From assembly GCA_002269645.1 (NCBI GenBank), contig NIVC01000001.1, positions 2,418,001-2,482,000 on the forward strand: a stretch of 64,000 nt of DNA. The letters run 5' to 3'. The notes below the pieces were generated by a model that saw only the letters and a list, made by a program, of their open reading frames with translations, made no database searches and was not told where the DNA came from. Shown piece by piece: positions 14,152-26,579 of the stretch. Position 1 is the first letter of the stretch; each line of letters starts with the position of its first letter. The position numbers and the translations under genes were made by a program. Source of the stretch: Macrostomum lignano. Taxonomy: Eukaryota.

Positions 14152-15975
14152 CCCCTGGATGTTTGAGCATCTGTGCCCATACTGGCACCTCCCTGATGTC
14201 TGAGCATCTGTGCCCATACTGGCACTCCCTGGATGTTTGAGCATCTGTGCCCCATACTGGCACCTCCCTGATGTTTAAGCATCTGTGCCCATACTGGCAC
14301 TCCCTGGATGTTTGAGCATCTGTGCCCCATACTGGCACCTCCCTGATGTTTGAGCATCTGTGCCCATACTGGCACCTCCCTGATGTTTGAGCATCTGTGC
14401 CCCATACTGGCACCTCCCTGGATGTTTGAGCATCTGTGCCCCATACTGGCACTCCCTGATGTTTGAGCATCTGTGCCCATACTGGCACTCCCTGATGTTT
14501 GAGTATCTGTGCCCATACTGGCACCTCCCTGATGTCTGAGCATCTGTGCCCATACTGGCACTCCCTGGATGTTTGAGCATCTGTGCCCCATACTGGCACC
14601 TCCCTGGATGTTTGAGCATCTGTGCCCCATACTGGCACTCCCTGATGTTTGAGCATCTGTGCCCATACTGGCACTCCCTGATGTTTGAGTATCTGTGCCC
14701 ATACTGGCACCTCCCTGATGTCTGAGCATCTGTGCCCATACTGGCACTCCCTGGATGTTTGAGCATCTGTGCCCATACTGGCACTCCCTGATGTTTGAGT
14801 ATCTGTGCCCCATACTGGCACTCCCTGATGTTTGAGCATCTGTGCCCATACTGGCACTCCCTGATGTTTGAGTATCTGTGCCCATACTGGCACCTCCCTG
14901 ATGTCTAAGCATCTGTGCCCATACTGGCACTCCCTGGATGTTTGAGCATCTGTGCCCCATACTGGCACCTCCCTGATGTTTGAGCATCTGTGCCCATACT
15001 GGCACCTCCCTGATGTTTGAGCATCTGTGCCCCATACTGGCACCTCCCTGGATGTTTGAGCATCTGTGCCCCATACTGGCACTCCCTGATGTTTGAGCAT
15101 CTGTGCCCATACTGGCACTCCCTGATGTTTGAGTATCTGTGCCCATACTGGCACCTCCCTGATGTCTGAGCATCTGTGCCCATACTGGCACTCCCTGGAT
15201 GTTTGAGCATCTGTGCCCATACTGGCACTCCCTGATGTTTGAGTATCTGTGCCCCATACTGGCACTCCCTGATGTTTGAGCATCTGTGCCCATACTGGCA
15301 CTCCCTGATGTTTGAGTATCTGTGCCCATACTGGCACCTCCCTGATGTCTGAGCATCTGTGCCCATACTGGCACTCCCTGGATGTTTGAGCATCTGTGCC
15401 CATACTGGCACTCCCTGATGTTTGAGCATCTGTGCCCCATACTGGGACCTCCCTGGATGTTTGAGCATCTGTGCCCATACTGGCACTCCCTGGATGTTTG
15501 AGCATCTGTGCCCCATACTGGCACCTCCCTGATGTTTGAGCATCTGTGCCCATACTGGCACCTCCCTGATGTTTGAGCATCTGTGCCCCATACTGGCACC
15601 TCCCTGGATGTTTGAGCATCTGTGCCCATACTGGCACCTCCCTGGATGTTTGAGCATCTGTGCCCATACTGGCACCTCCCTGGATGTTTGAGCATCTGTG
15701 CCCATACTGGCACTCCCTGATGTTTGAGTATCTGTGCCCCATACTGGCACTCCCTGGATGTTTGAGCATCTGTGCCCATACTGGCACTCCCTGGATGTTT
15801 GAGCATCTGTGCCCATACTGGCACCTCCCTGGATGTTTGAGCATCTGTGCCCATACTGGCACCTCCCTGGATGTTTGAGCATCTGTGCCCCATACTGGCA
15901 CTCCCTGGATGTTTGAGCATCTGTGCCCCATACTGGCACTCCCTGGATGTTTGAGCATCTGTGCTCCATACTGGC
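14152..15975. repeat. Intronic minisatellite, 37-39-bp unit CATACTGGCAC(C)TCCCT(G)GATGTTTGAGCATCTGTGCC(C)
   Basis: About 48 visible copies; ends about 65 nt before the exon-2 acceptor. Confidence 0.96.
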
Positions 15976-16839
15976 ATTCTATTAAATGATAAACTATTTA
16001 GCAATAAGACATTTTACTTGCATTCCCAGCAAGCAAGTCCTGTCACCTGTGTCAAACCATTAGTTGCACAACTTGTTTATAAGAGTGAAAAGCACTTGCT
16101 CTGTCAGTAGGTGACAAGCTTTCGACCCATGAGCGAGCCCACGAGTGCACCGGGTGATGCAAGACAGGGCCACACGTACAGTAGAGAGTGGAGGCAGTTC
16201 GGCAGAAGCAAGCACGAACGAACCCAGCACTGCTTTCTCTCCCTCTCTCCCCTAATTTCTGCAGAGTTGCTAGAAAAGTTCAAGCAAAGTTCACACGCAG
16301 GTCAAACAGGCCCCGCGCTTGCAAGCTAAATAATGACCTCTTTTTACCCCCCCCCCCTCTGCACTGGGTCGCAGCGATGACTCATCAGAGGTGCAGGGCA
16401 GGTAGGCAAAATTCCATGGCACTCTCAGGCGCCCAAGTACGCACTGTAGGTGAATGCCCGAGTGTGCGCCGGCCCTCGCAATGCAACCGAGGCAAAATGC
16501 ATGTATTGATACTAACCGTATAATTTATAAACCTGTTCGTTCATGATGTTAAAATATAGAGTTGGGTAACTTAGTCCAACCATAACTGATAATCTGATTT
16601 TCGAAGCATTCTCTTCTTAGTCCTAACTATACATTCTTAATAGCGATCTTATCTTCACGGCCGTTTTCTAACTTAGAACTAGGCCGAATAATACCGTATC
16701 GTGTTCGAGTGCATGCATGGTAGCTCTGTTTACCTTACTTAATTCAAAGCTAGCCAAGGTGTGTAAGAATGGAGAGCATCTGGATACTGAATTACAGTCT
16801 TTCTTCCCGAATCTTAATCCTGATTCAAGTCTCGATTTT

Positions 16840-17398
16840 TAGTCCCGATTCTTGAGTCCCGATTCTTGAGCTCCGATTCTTGAGTCCCGATTCTTGAGAG
16901 TCCCGATTCTTGAGAGTCCCGATTCTTGAGCTCCGATTCTTGAGTCCCGATTCTTAGTCCCGATTCTTGAGAGTTCCGATTCTTGAGCTCCGATTCTTGA
17001 GTCCCGATTCTTGAGTCCCGATTCTTAGTCCCGATTCTTGAGAGTCCCGATTCTTGAGCTCCGATTCTTGAGTCCCGATTCTTAGTCCCGATTCTTGAGA
17101 GTTCCGATTCTTGAGCTCCGATTCTTGAGTCCCGATTCTTGAGTCCCGATTCTTAGTCCCGATTCTTGAGAGTCCCGATTCTTGAGTCCCGATTCTTGAG
17201 TCCCGATTCTTGGGCTCCGATTCTTGAGCTCCGATTCTTGAGTCCCGATTCTTAGTCCCGATTCTTGAGAGTCCCGATTCTTGAGTCCCGATTCTTGAGT
17301 CCCGATTCTTGAGTCCCGATTCTTGGGCTCCGATTCTTGAGCTCCGATTCTTGAGTCCCGATTCTTAATTTGAGTCCCGATTCTTGAGTCCCGATACT
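16840..17398. repeat. Intronic minisatellite, 13-16-bp unit GAGTCCCGATTCTT
   Basis: Visible tandem copies. Confidence 0.95.
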
Positions 17399-17965
17399 TT
17401 AATCCTGAACTCAATCCAAAGTTCCGATTCAATATTCCAAGATCTAAATTCCCTAACCAAACCCGAGAGTCTACCAAACCACTCTTCACTTATTGATTAG
17501 CCTTCGAAGCCCCTTGGGCTGAAATAATTTTGAGCTGTTTTGTATCAGTCAGGACTCAGATGAGTGCACGGTGCTAAAAATAGAAACTCGACAGAAAATA
17601 AAATAACATATTGACGGCTATTTTTCATAATCTAATAATAAAAATAAAGTACATGAAAGATTCTTTGCTGCATTCTCGAAAACAGATATTACAAGTTGTT
17701 ATGCTCAAAAACTACTTCGAGGTCGAGACAACAAAAGTCTCAACGCAACGACCCTCAGAATTAGTTGAAGCACTTGTTTAAGCAAAGCTGGTGCTGCAGT
17801 GGGACGGCGGCGCTACCCTTTTGCTATTGTTATTCTTTTCTGTACAATAAAAGTTTTGCTTACTTTCTTGTCAGGCTGCTTACAACTGGGCCAAACTGCA
17901 TTTCTGATTCTAGTATTCGAGAGACTGGTTTTGGAAGTACGCTGGTAGAAGAAACATACATGTTA

Positions 17966-18764
17966 CTAGACTCTAGGGTAGACATCTTTGGTAGACATCT
18001 TTGGGCAGACTCTAGGGTAGACATCTTTGGGCAGACTCTAGGGTAGACATCTTTGGTAGACTCTAGGGTAGACATCTTCGGGTAGACTCTAGGGTAGACA
18101 TCTTTGGTAGACTCTAGGGTAGACATCTTTGGTAGACTCTAGGGTAGACATATTCGGGTAGACTCTAGGGTAGACATCTTTGGGCAGACTCTAGGGTAGA
18201 CATCTTTGGGCAGATTCTAGGGTAGACATCTTCGGGTAGACTCTAGGGTAGACATCTTTGGTAGACTCTAGGGTAGACATCTTTGGTAGACTCTAGGGTA
18301 GACATCTTGGGCAGACTCTAGGGTAGACATCTTTGGTAGACTCTAGGGTAGACATCTTTGGTAGACTCAAGGGTAGACATCTTCGGGTAGACTCTAGGGT
18401 AGACATCTTTGGTAGACTCTAGGGTAGACATCTTCGGGTAGACTCTAGGGTAGACATCTTTGGGCAGACTCTAGGGTAGACATCTTGGGCAGACTCTAGG
18501 GTAGACATCTTTGGGCAGACTCTAGGGTAGACATCTTTGGGCAGACTCTAGGGTAGACATCTTCGGGTAGACTCTAGGGTAGACATCTTCGGGTAGACTC
18601 TAGGGTAGACATCTTTGGGCAGACTCTAGGGTAGACATCTTTGGTAGACATCTTCGGGTAGACTCTAGGGTAGACATCTTTGGTAGACTCTAGGGTAGAC
18701 ATCTTTGGTAGACTCTAGGGTAGACATCTTTGGTAGACTCTAGGGTAGACATCTTTCGTAGACT
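17966..18764. repeat. Intronic minisatellite, 25-26-bp unit GACTCTAGGGTAGACATCTTTGGTA
   Basis: Visible tandem copies; begins about 63 nt inside the donor. Confidence 0.95.
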
Positions 18765-18828
18765 TTTAAAGTAGGCTCTGGGTCAGCCAGTTAAAAGTAA
18801 AAGAGCAGAGAACAGCTCCGGCACTCAC

Positions 18829-19974
18829 GCATGAAGATGGCCGCCAGCCGCAGCAGGTTGTAGGTCACCGTGTCAAACGGCAGATTAGAAGCCGCCGCAA
18901 TCAGCCGCTGAAGATCGTCCGCAAAAGACTTCGTCGGCTGCCACTTGGCCGTGGTGGCCACCTCGCCGGACTCCTGGGACGCGGAGGTCGCGGCCGGCGA
19001 CACGGCGAACTGGAAGTTGTGCTCCAGCATGTACAGCTGCAGGATCCGGGGCCAGGCCCGGCTGAGCAGATCCGCTCGTCCGGCTTTGTCCAGTGCGCCG
19101 AATAGGGCGCCGTTTGTGCGCACCAGCTCGGCGCCCTTCTTCAGCCAGTCGGCCACGTGCGACTGGGCAACCAGGATGGTCTTTTTGGCAAGGCGCACCG
19201 GCTGCTCCTGCTGCTCCGGCGGCAGAGGCTGCTGCGGCGACAGCTGCGGCATCTGGCTGTAGAGCAGCATGTTCCTCAGCATGGGCTGTTGCTGCTGCTG
19301 CTGTTGCTGTTGCTGTTGGAGCTGGAGCTGCTGAAGACGCTGCAACTGCTGCAGCTGGTGCTGATGCTGACACTGAAGCTCTAGCTCTTGCTGCTGCTTG
19401 AGCATCAGTTGCTGCTCGATAATCGACTCCGGGCGAAGATGCTGCTGTTGCTGCTGCTGCTGCTGGCCGCTGAGGTCGAGAGGCTCTTCGGCGCCAGTGA
19501 GCGCTGGCGCGGAGCCGCCGCCGAACGGGCCCCGAAGGCCGCGCGGAGCCGACAGCGGCCGGCAGGGTGCCGCCGAGCTGCTAGGCGGCTGGCAGCCCAG
19601 GGCGGTAGCGAACGGCTGCAGGGTGGCGGAGGGCAGCACGGCGCTGCCGCGTCTGGCCGGCGCGGAGACCGACTGGGAGCGGCGCGGGAACTGGTCCGCT
19701 GTGCCGCCGAGGAAGGCGCTGCACTGCTGCACGGCGGTGGCGTCCTGTGCTGTCAGCAGGCTGTACAGAAATCCGCTGTCGCCACCACGGCCGACGTCGT
19801 TGCTGCCTTCGGAGTTCCCGTTGTCGGCGCCGGCGGCGCTGCACCCGACACCGCAGCAGCTGGTGTCGTCTGACGTCATTTCGCAGTCCTCGCCGCACTC
19901 GTTGCCATCGCAACTGTTGCTGCAACTGGGATCATCGCAGACGCCTTGAAACTTCAGCAATGGCGGTGGAAGCA

Positions 19975-20005
<31 letters not shown>

Positions 20006-20077
20006 AAGCAGCTGCGGAGTTGGCATCAGCTGAGGCAGTTGCGGCTGCTGCTGCAACAGCGGCGGAGGCTGCGACAT
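18829..20077 (-). CDS. NR0B (DAX1/SHP)-like nuclear receptor, coding exon 1 (polyQ, Cys patch, LYSLL, PLDLS, LBD helices 3-8); whole protein about 490 aa
   Basis: ATG at 20077; donor ATG C|gtgagt at 18829/18828. LBD signature WLKKGAELVRTNGALFGALDKAGRADLLSRAWPRILQLYMLEHNFQFAV...WQPTKSFADDLQRLIAAASNLPFDTVTYNLLRLAAIF resembles SHP/DAX1 'KTV.FM..LPSF..LP..DQ..LL...W..LF.L.LAQ....FEV...QP'. GFLYSLLTA resembles the DAX1 NR-box GSILYSLLTS. No C4 zinc finger is present. An acceptor at 20141 suggests an upstream UTR exon, so the true start is not certain. Confidence 0.8.
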
Positions 20078-21559
20078 AGGCCCTTCATCTGGCAAGCGTC
20101 GAGCCGAGGCGAGGTAGCCGCGAGGATCGTGGACCAGCGGCCTGTTAAGGGATGAGCGTGCACACGTTTATTTTTTAATTTGAGATCAATATTTGAGATC
20201 ATATTTGAGATCAAGGTACAGTACAGAGACTACAGTGCAGAGTGCAGACTGTACGTCACTGTATTTATTGCATGGGTTTTCGCGGAGGAGCCTAGAGGCC
20301 AATAAAAAGACATAATGTAACTTGAAAATGCCCCGCCTGTAAAAGTGCAAGCATTTTAAAAGTACACTTGCTCCCTATTTTTTGGGTGTCTGGGGCTGTG
20401 TTTTAAGGAGGGGTGTAATATAATATAATTTATGTATGGGTAGACAAGCTGACCATTTGTCTAATGGCCCGCCGCCTCGACCCCCATATAAAAAACAAGC
20501 GTCTGACGCCTACTATAGTCTGGGCCGCTAAACCCCCGTGCATGTGGTGGTGTTTAAAAGCTGGCTGTAAATCTTATTAAGTCAGAGGAAATCATAAGTA
20601 CATTTCTAATTTTCTGCAAAAACAATATATTTACACAGGCCGTACCTACTTTTTATAACGTTATTTTTTTGTTATACTACAAGTAAAGTTTTCTAGGAAT
20701 TTAGCGGAAATTTTCCTATTTGGGTTGCTTCGCTATACGCCTATACTATTTTCCGTTTCCAAAATGGCACAGAAGAAATTAAAAAATCCTGACCAGTGTC
20801 TACTTAGTTTGATTTGACTTATTACGTAATTGGTGGTGTTGACCCCCTTGCGCCTTTAACAGAAACATTCTTCTGTGTTCGACTGCTAATTCCACTGGTA
20901 ATAAGAGGGAATGCCAGGCTAAAAGGCTAAAACAGATGCCAATTGCCAAAGATAACTAAAATCGAACACTTGTACCTTCTAGGCTAGGTAGAACTAGAAC
21001 CCCTTTCCCTGTGATAGAATTTTGAATTTCCAATGTCAGAACCCGAAATCAGAAATGTGCTTAATTAAAAAAATGAAAAAAACTACTGCAATAATAAATA
21101 ACACGATTTGAACTCACTTTTGACCAAAATAAGCTCCATCAGTTGCACCAGACTGATGTCCGTAAACCATCATGTCGTTGGCTAGATGATTCTCAATCTC
21201 AAAGACAGCTATTAACAAAAGCAGTTAAGAAGCGACTGTTCAGTAGGGTTTTCTTAAAAAATGTTAGCCAAGGTCACAAACAGGAAACAGTCTATAGCTT
21301 GCTTAACCGTACCGAAGCAGCAAACCGAGGACAAAATAAGAATTGAGTGCAAAGCCGATGAGTAAGTAAACCGTGTGTTTTTGTATGGCGACCAAATGCT
21401 AAACGCGGCGGAGGGAGGGTTGGAGGTTGGGTTGAGTCGCGCTGGGGCTAAAAACAATTTTCCTCTGCTCCGGACTGTGGCAGGCAGGCTATTTTTGTGC
21501 CTTCTCGGGGGCAGGCAGCGAGAGAAATAAGGGCAGAGAACCGGAGTGGTCCAGTGGCG

Positions 21560-21750
21560 GGCTGCGCCGGAGAAAAGGAAATTCGCTTTATAGTGGGGAG
21601 TGGGGTTGTCCGATGCACTGGAACTAACGAAGAGCCGGGCGGACTTTTAATAAAAGCTCTTGCCCTCTAGCATCGGAAACCCCCCACCCCAACCACCTCT
21701 CACCCAACCCGGGCCAGAACTGGATTGGCTGGGCCCGCTCATCCTATTGG
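21560..21750 (-). promoter_or_regulatory. Candidate Pol II promoter of the NR0B-like gene
   Basis: On the minus strand and in the expected order: CCAAT (21750-46, 21728-24), GC box (21637-42), TATAAA (21592-87), in a CpG-rich island. Motif-only evidence. Confidence 0.4.
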
Positions 21751-22776
21751 ACAAGTCTGCTCTAAACACTGCTGCTGCGTGCGGGCCAACCTCTCTCACT
21801 ATCAAATGCACCGCAGCAAGGAGAGGAAGAGAGGACATACTTAGTTAGCCCTCGTAATTATTATCAAACACGACTCACCTTGATCTGCTGCTGAACTGGC
21901 GGCAAGAGAAGGCAAAGGAGGGCAGGCAATTAATTGCATTTTCAGCATCGAAAAAATCAATTTAGCTTCGCATCCATCTAGCACGCAACAGCAGGGCAGA
22001 TTGGTTCCGCTGGCCGGGTGGGTAGGCAGACAATGCACTATTACGTTTGGTGCATTTTTACCCCGCCCTTATTTACTGTTCAGTGTTAATCATTTGTGCG
22101 AAGCCCATGCAGATGCAGTTGAACTAAATGAGCATAAATATGTGAAATAATTTAAATTTTTACGCTCGTAATTGACGCATAAAATAAACGGTGCAGATGA
22201 ACTTATAGAGGTTATAGCTAACCGCTATATCGTTCCTATAAGGAAATTAACCTTCCCTTCGCAAGGCTCTCTGGTCTGCATGGCACAATGTACATGCACG
22301 CTTATCAATATCGAGGTTTCTCAAATCTCAATTTTCAGTAGGCAGTATAGCACTCTCGTAGCGTACAGTCTGCCCTGGCTCGTTCAAACATGTACATTCC
22401 CTGAAAAATGTTAACTGTTACCAGTCTGGAAAATCGAATATACTCGGCGGGCCAATTAGTGTGACATTAAATGTCCACACCGATAAACCTTAACCGCGTC
22501 CTCCAGGATATGAATCATTCTGGTTTTTCTCTTTTTAAAGATTACAAGACGTTTTATATATAGCAGTTCATGTAATAAAATTAACTAACACGCCTCTATA
22601 CATGAGGTCAAGTCTTAATGTAGCCAATAGCTATTCAAGGACAACTAAAGCAACGAATATACGGACGCGACACTCACGTTTCATGGAAAAGGTTTTGAAG
22701 GCCACTTTTCGCCGAAAAACACTACGGAGATGAGAAGTTTTCATTTTTTCAGCACAAAAATTGTTATTGCCTTCGA

Positions 22777-23232
22777 CAGGAGGCAGACCAAATATCATGA
22801 AATATGTTCACCTTTTGATATGTTGTGCCATTCTTATAGCTCTATTGATATATATTCATAAAGCTTTTCGTTCAGAAAATTAGAATTCTTATGTCAATTT
22901 TTTATTCTACGTACATTTCCTGTACCTAAAAATCATAAAAATGCATGACACAGCTCGACTTATTGGTTTGATGAATCTATTTTATCATATCTGTTACACA
23001 TATTGTTACAGTCAGCTAAAAATGACAAAATAGATTCATAAAACCAATGAGCCGAGCCGTGCCATGGTTTTTAGGCACAGGACATGTACAATTGTATGTA
23101 GAATAAGAAATTAACATAGAGTCCTAATTTTCTGAACGAAAAGCGTTATGAATATCAATAGAGCTATAATAAGACAGGTAGGCACAACATATCAAAAGAT
23201 GAACTTTTCCCTGACACATATTTGCCTCCCTG
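22777..23232. mobile_element. Foldback / MITE-like long imperfect palindrome (about 455 bp, centre about 23000)
   Basis: Arm pairs seen: GGAGGCA/TGCCTCC; CTTTTGATATGTTGTGCC/GGCACAACATATCAAAAG; TTATAGCTCTATTGATAT/ATATCAATAGAGCTATAA; GCTTTTCGTTCAGAAAATTAG/CTAATTTTCTGAACGAAAAGC; GAATCTATTTT/AAAATAGATTC. No convincing TSD. Confidence 0.8.
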
Positions 23233-24255
23233 ACACTCACTCGCTGATTTGGTGTTAGATGGAGTCTAATAATAGTTTCTGAGACAAGCATTCCATTGTA
23301 TACGGTATATTCACTGTATTATCGTGTTGGGGAGGAATTCTATTTTAAAATTTATTAATTAACTGACAAATTGACAATCAACAAAAAGCATAGCAAAATC
23401 TGTCCAGCTATGAAAATCACGATGAAATAAATTCAGGATCTTTGGTTATTCATTCTCATATGCGTGTGCATAGCCATGTGTCATACTCTGTATTGTACAC
23501 TGTGCAGTACTTGGTACTACTAAACTTAATCCCTGCTCTAAAGTGTTCTCAGGTGCCGGCCAGGAAAGGGTTTTTGGCTCTATCTATCCTCCTGAGCACA
23601 ACAGCGCACAGAAAGTCTAACACCCCCGCTCCCCCCCCCCTCAAACCCCTCCTGTTTACGGCGGGAGGCCAACATGGAGGTTGTTGACCCGCCTTGCCTG
23701 AGGTCAGAAACCGACTGAGCGGATTCCTTTTTTTGCTTATAACTGCGTTGGTGCGCTCTCCGATGTGGGGGGGGGGGGGGCAGAGGGCCCTACGTCCACC
23801 AAATAGTAAACACTGCCGCCACTCTCTCTCTGACAGCCCCCATTTTTAGTCTAAAAATTGCGGTTGTTTTCGCAATTCGCACCAATGTACTTTTTGAACC
23901 AGTGTACGAACTTCTTTATTAGTACGAGCTATATATACATATGTAGGCTTCTCGTGTTTACGCTATTGTTGATGTCGATTAATTTTAAAGAAAAAAATAT
24001 TAGTTGTTATTTCTAATTTCGCGTTAACACATATTACTTGCTCAGCTGTCTGTCTTTGCCAAATCTTAGTAAGGGAAAAAAGTGCGTGATAAAAATTACA
24101 GTAAAAGTACATGCTTATCGGCGAGTAAAGTGCACGAAAATATTTGTAGGGAAAAGTACACGATTTTCGGGGAGAAAGTCGGTGCTTCTCTCTTCCCGAG
24201 GCCCCAAAATGCCAGCGAGCTTTGCTTTTTGCGCCCGGAGCAACTTGGCTTTATA

Positions 24256-24698
24256 GCGCCCGGAACAACCGTACTTTTGGCGCCCGGAACAACCTTATCT
24301 TGGCGCCCGGAACAACCGTACTTTTGGCGCCCGGAACAACCTTATCTTGGTGCCCGGAACAACCGTACTTTTGACGCCCGGAACAACCGTACTTTTGGCG
24401 CCCGGAACAACCTTACTTTTGACGCCCGGAACAACCTTACTTTTGGCGCCCGGAACAACCTTACTTTTGACGCCCGGAACAACCTTACTTTTGGCGCCCG
24501 GAACAACCTTACTTTTGACGCCCGGAACAACCGTACTTTTGGCGCCCGGAACAACCTTACTTTTGACGCCCGGAACAACCTTACTTTTGGCGCCCGGAAC
24601 AACCTTACTTTTGACGCCCGGAACAACCTTACTTTTGGCGCCCGGAACAACCTTACTTTTGGCGCCCGGAACAACCTTACTTTTGGCGCCCGGAACAA
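24256..24698. repeat. Minisatellite, 24-bp unit GCGCCCGGAACAACCTTACTTTTG
   Basis: About 18 visible copies. Confidence 0.95.
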
Positions 24699-25534
24699 GC
24701 CCCAGGCCAAAGTCCGTGCACAATTAGTCCCAATGCGAAGTTTTTTAATACAGTTAATATTCCTAATAGGATCAAGAAATTCATTTAGCGAATTTGATAC
24801 TAATTTTGAAAACCTTTTGCCCTTTTTTGGCCTTTTGTCATTCATTGAGATAGATAGAAGTGACACCACAGCAGACTTAACTGGTACATTTTTCTGATTT
24901 GAGTCACGAATTTTTTATTTCGCTGATACTCACTCACTGAGTAGTTGTATTGAGTCTAAAAATAGTTTCAGTGTCAGAAATACTGTTTTCTTAGGAAATT
25001 AATTAAAGTACAAAAACCTATGCTTTATATATGTCCCGCTTGTGTCTAACAAGCAATATTCGAGTAATTTTTCCCAGAAACAGAAAGCTTGTTTCCCATG
25101 CAAATATTCTAATATTAGAGAGAGGCCTTGTGTAAATAAGCGCATGTGATGCGTGCTCGGGCCAACACTCAGCGCAGGAGTCCGGTGCTTCTCTTGCCTA
25201 TGCTTTCATTCAATTCTCCTGTGGGATCGCGTTTTGCGTGCAGACAGTGCTTAATTTGTATCGGGAAAAACATGTTTATCGCAATGATTACAAATGATAT
25301 GCTCCTACGCTGGGAGAATAGGGACTAGAAACAGGACACGTGATTTAGCAACTTGTTTTTGAACAGGGTTTTCTAGAACTATCTATCTGCTTTTTTGACG
25401 TTGGAAAAATCGAACTGACTAAACTGAGAACCATGAAGCCTGATCCATCGTGTACTTTTAACTAAATTACCGCTTCTTAATTTTGTACTTTTAACTAAAA
25501 ATAGCTTTGAGTCATTTTCTCGACGAAATTTGTG

Positions 25535-25715
25535 TACTTTTACCGTGTCTTTATCTTGTACTTTTACCCTGTCTTTATCTTGTACTTTTACCCTGTCTTT
25601 ATCTTGTACTTTTACCCTGTCTTTATCTTGTACTTTTACCCTGTCTTTATCTTATACTTTTACCGTGTCTTTATCTTATACTTTTACCGTGTCTTTTCCT
25701 TGTACTTTTACACCG
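25535..25715. repeat. Minisatellite, 24-bp unit TGTACTTTTACCCTGTCTTTATCT
   Basis: About 7 visible copies. Confidence 0.9.
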
Positions 25716-26331
25716 TGTTTTTATTGTGTACTTTTCTCTAAAATATAAGCATGCACTCTTCTTCATCTACGTGTACTTTTTTCTCATTCTCGTTCTCTTC
25801 AACCGTTGCACTTTTGATTTATTGTGCATGTACTGTTTTTCTTCTATTTTATTTGTTAATCGTGTACTTTTACACGAGCTTACTTTCATCAAATCTTCGT
25901 GTTTCATTGTCTTTGCAATACTGCTGTACTAGAAAATTAATTAGTTTTGCTTTATCTCGAGTTATTAAGCCTTTTTTACCGCGTTCTCACGATAAAGTTT
26001 TCAAAATTAATTGTACATTCATGCGCAATCAAAATGTACAACACGCAGCTCCATGAATAAATCTGTGTACGCCAGGTTAAACGCTTTCTTATCATTGATA
26101 TATCAAATGTTCAACTGTTTTGAATTCGTTTCAATTTTCACAGACATTGAAAGCCACGCGCATTTATCAATACCTACGTATGTCTTATGGAACACACAGC
26201 ATGCAGTTTGAAAGATTTTAATCTAAAAAATATACAAAAACTGCCTGGCTTGGAATGTGAGACTTGTTTACGAACTTCTGTTCAGCAGCATGGCCAAGAA
26301 CAACCCCGAGAAAAACAGATTTTTTGCATCC

Positions 26332-26413
26332 ATGTACACTGCTTCTGCGGCGCTGGTGTACAGTCTTGTGTTTTTATGGACCTACTCAGCCCCAGCGGAT
26401 GGTGCAACAAATG
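26332..26413 (+). CDS. Serine protease exon 1 (signal peptide), probable GC-AG donor
   Basis: MYTASAALVYSLVFLWTYSAPADGATN-G looks like a signal peptide (an in-frame upstream ATG at 26290 is also possible). Donor G|GCAAGT at 26413/26414 is phase 1, matching the phase-1 acceptor at 28614/28615. Confidence 0.6.
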
Positions 26414-26579
26414 GCAAGTACATATCATTGCGATGCATTTAGCCAGACATACCCGACCCTGCTTACAGCGTTACCTCTGACAGTTTGAGTGAGAACTGCT
26501 GCCTGACAATTAAATAAAATGTTTTCATTGTTGCTAGAAAAATATATTTGTGATAATATAAACCCAGTGAGGCTTGGAT

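Noticed and set aside
13941-16004. 687-, 609- and 354-aa minus-strand ORFs
   Set aside because: They run through the 37-39-bp intronic array; the real exon starts at the acceptor at 14085 in a different frame.
20260-20275. TTTATTGCATG resembling the 3' end of a flatworm spliced-leader sequence as I recall it
   Set aside because: Only about 11 nt match, with no following GT donor or Sm site; consistent with chance.
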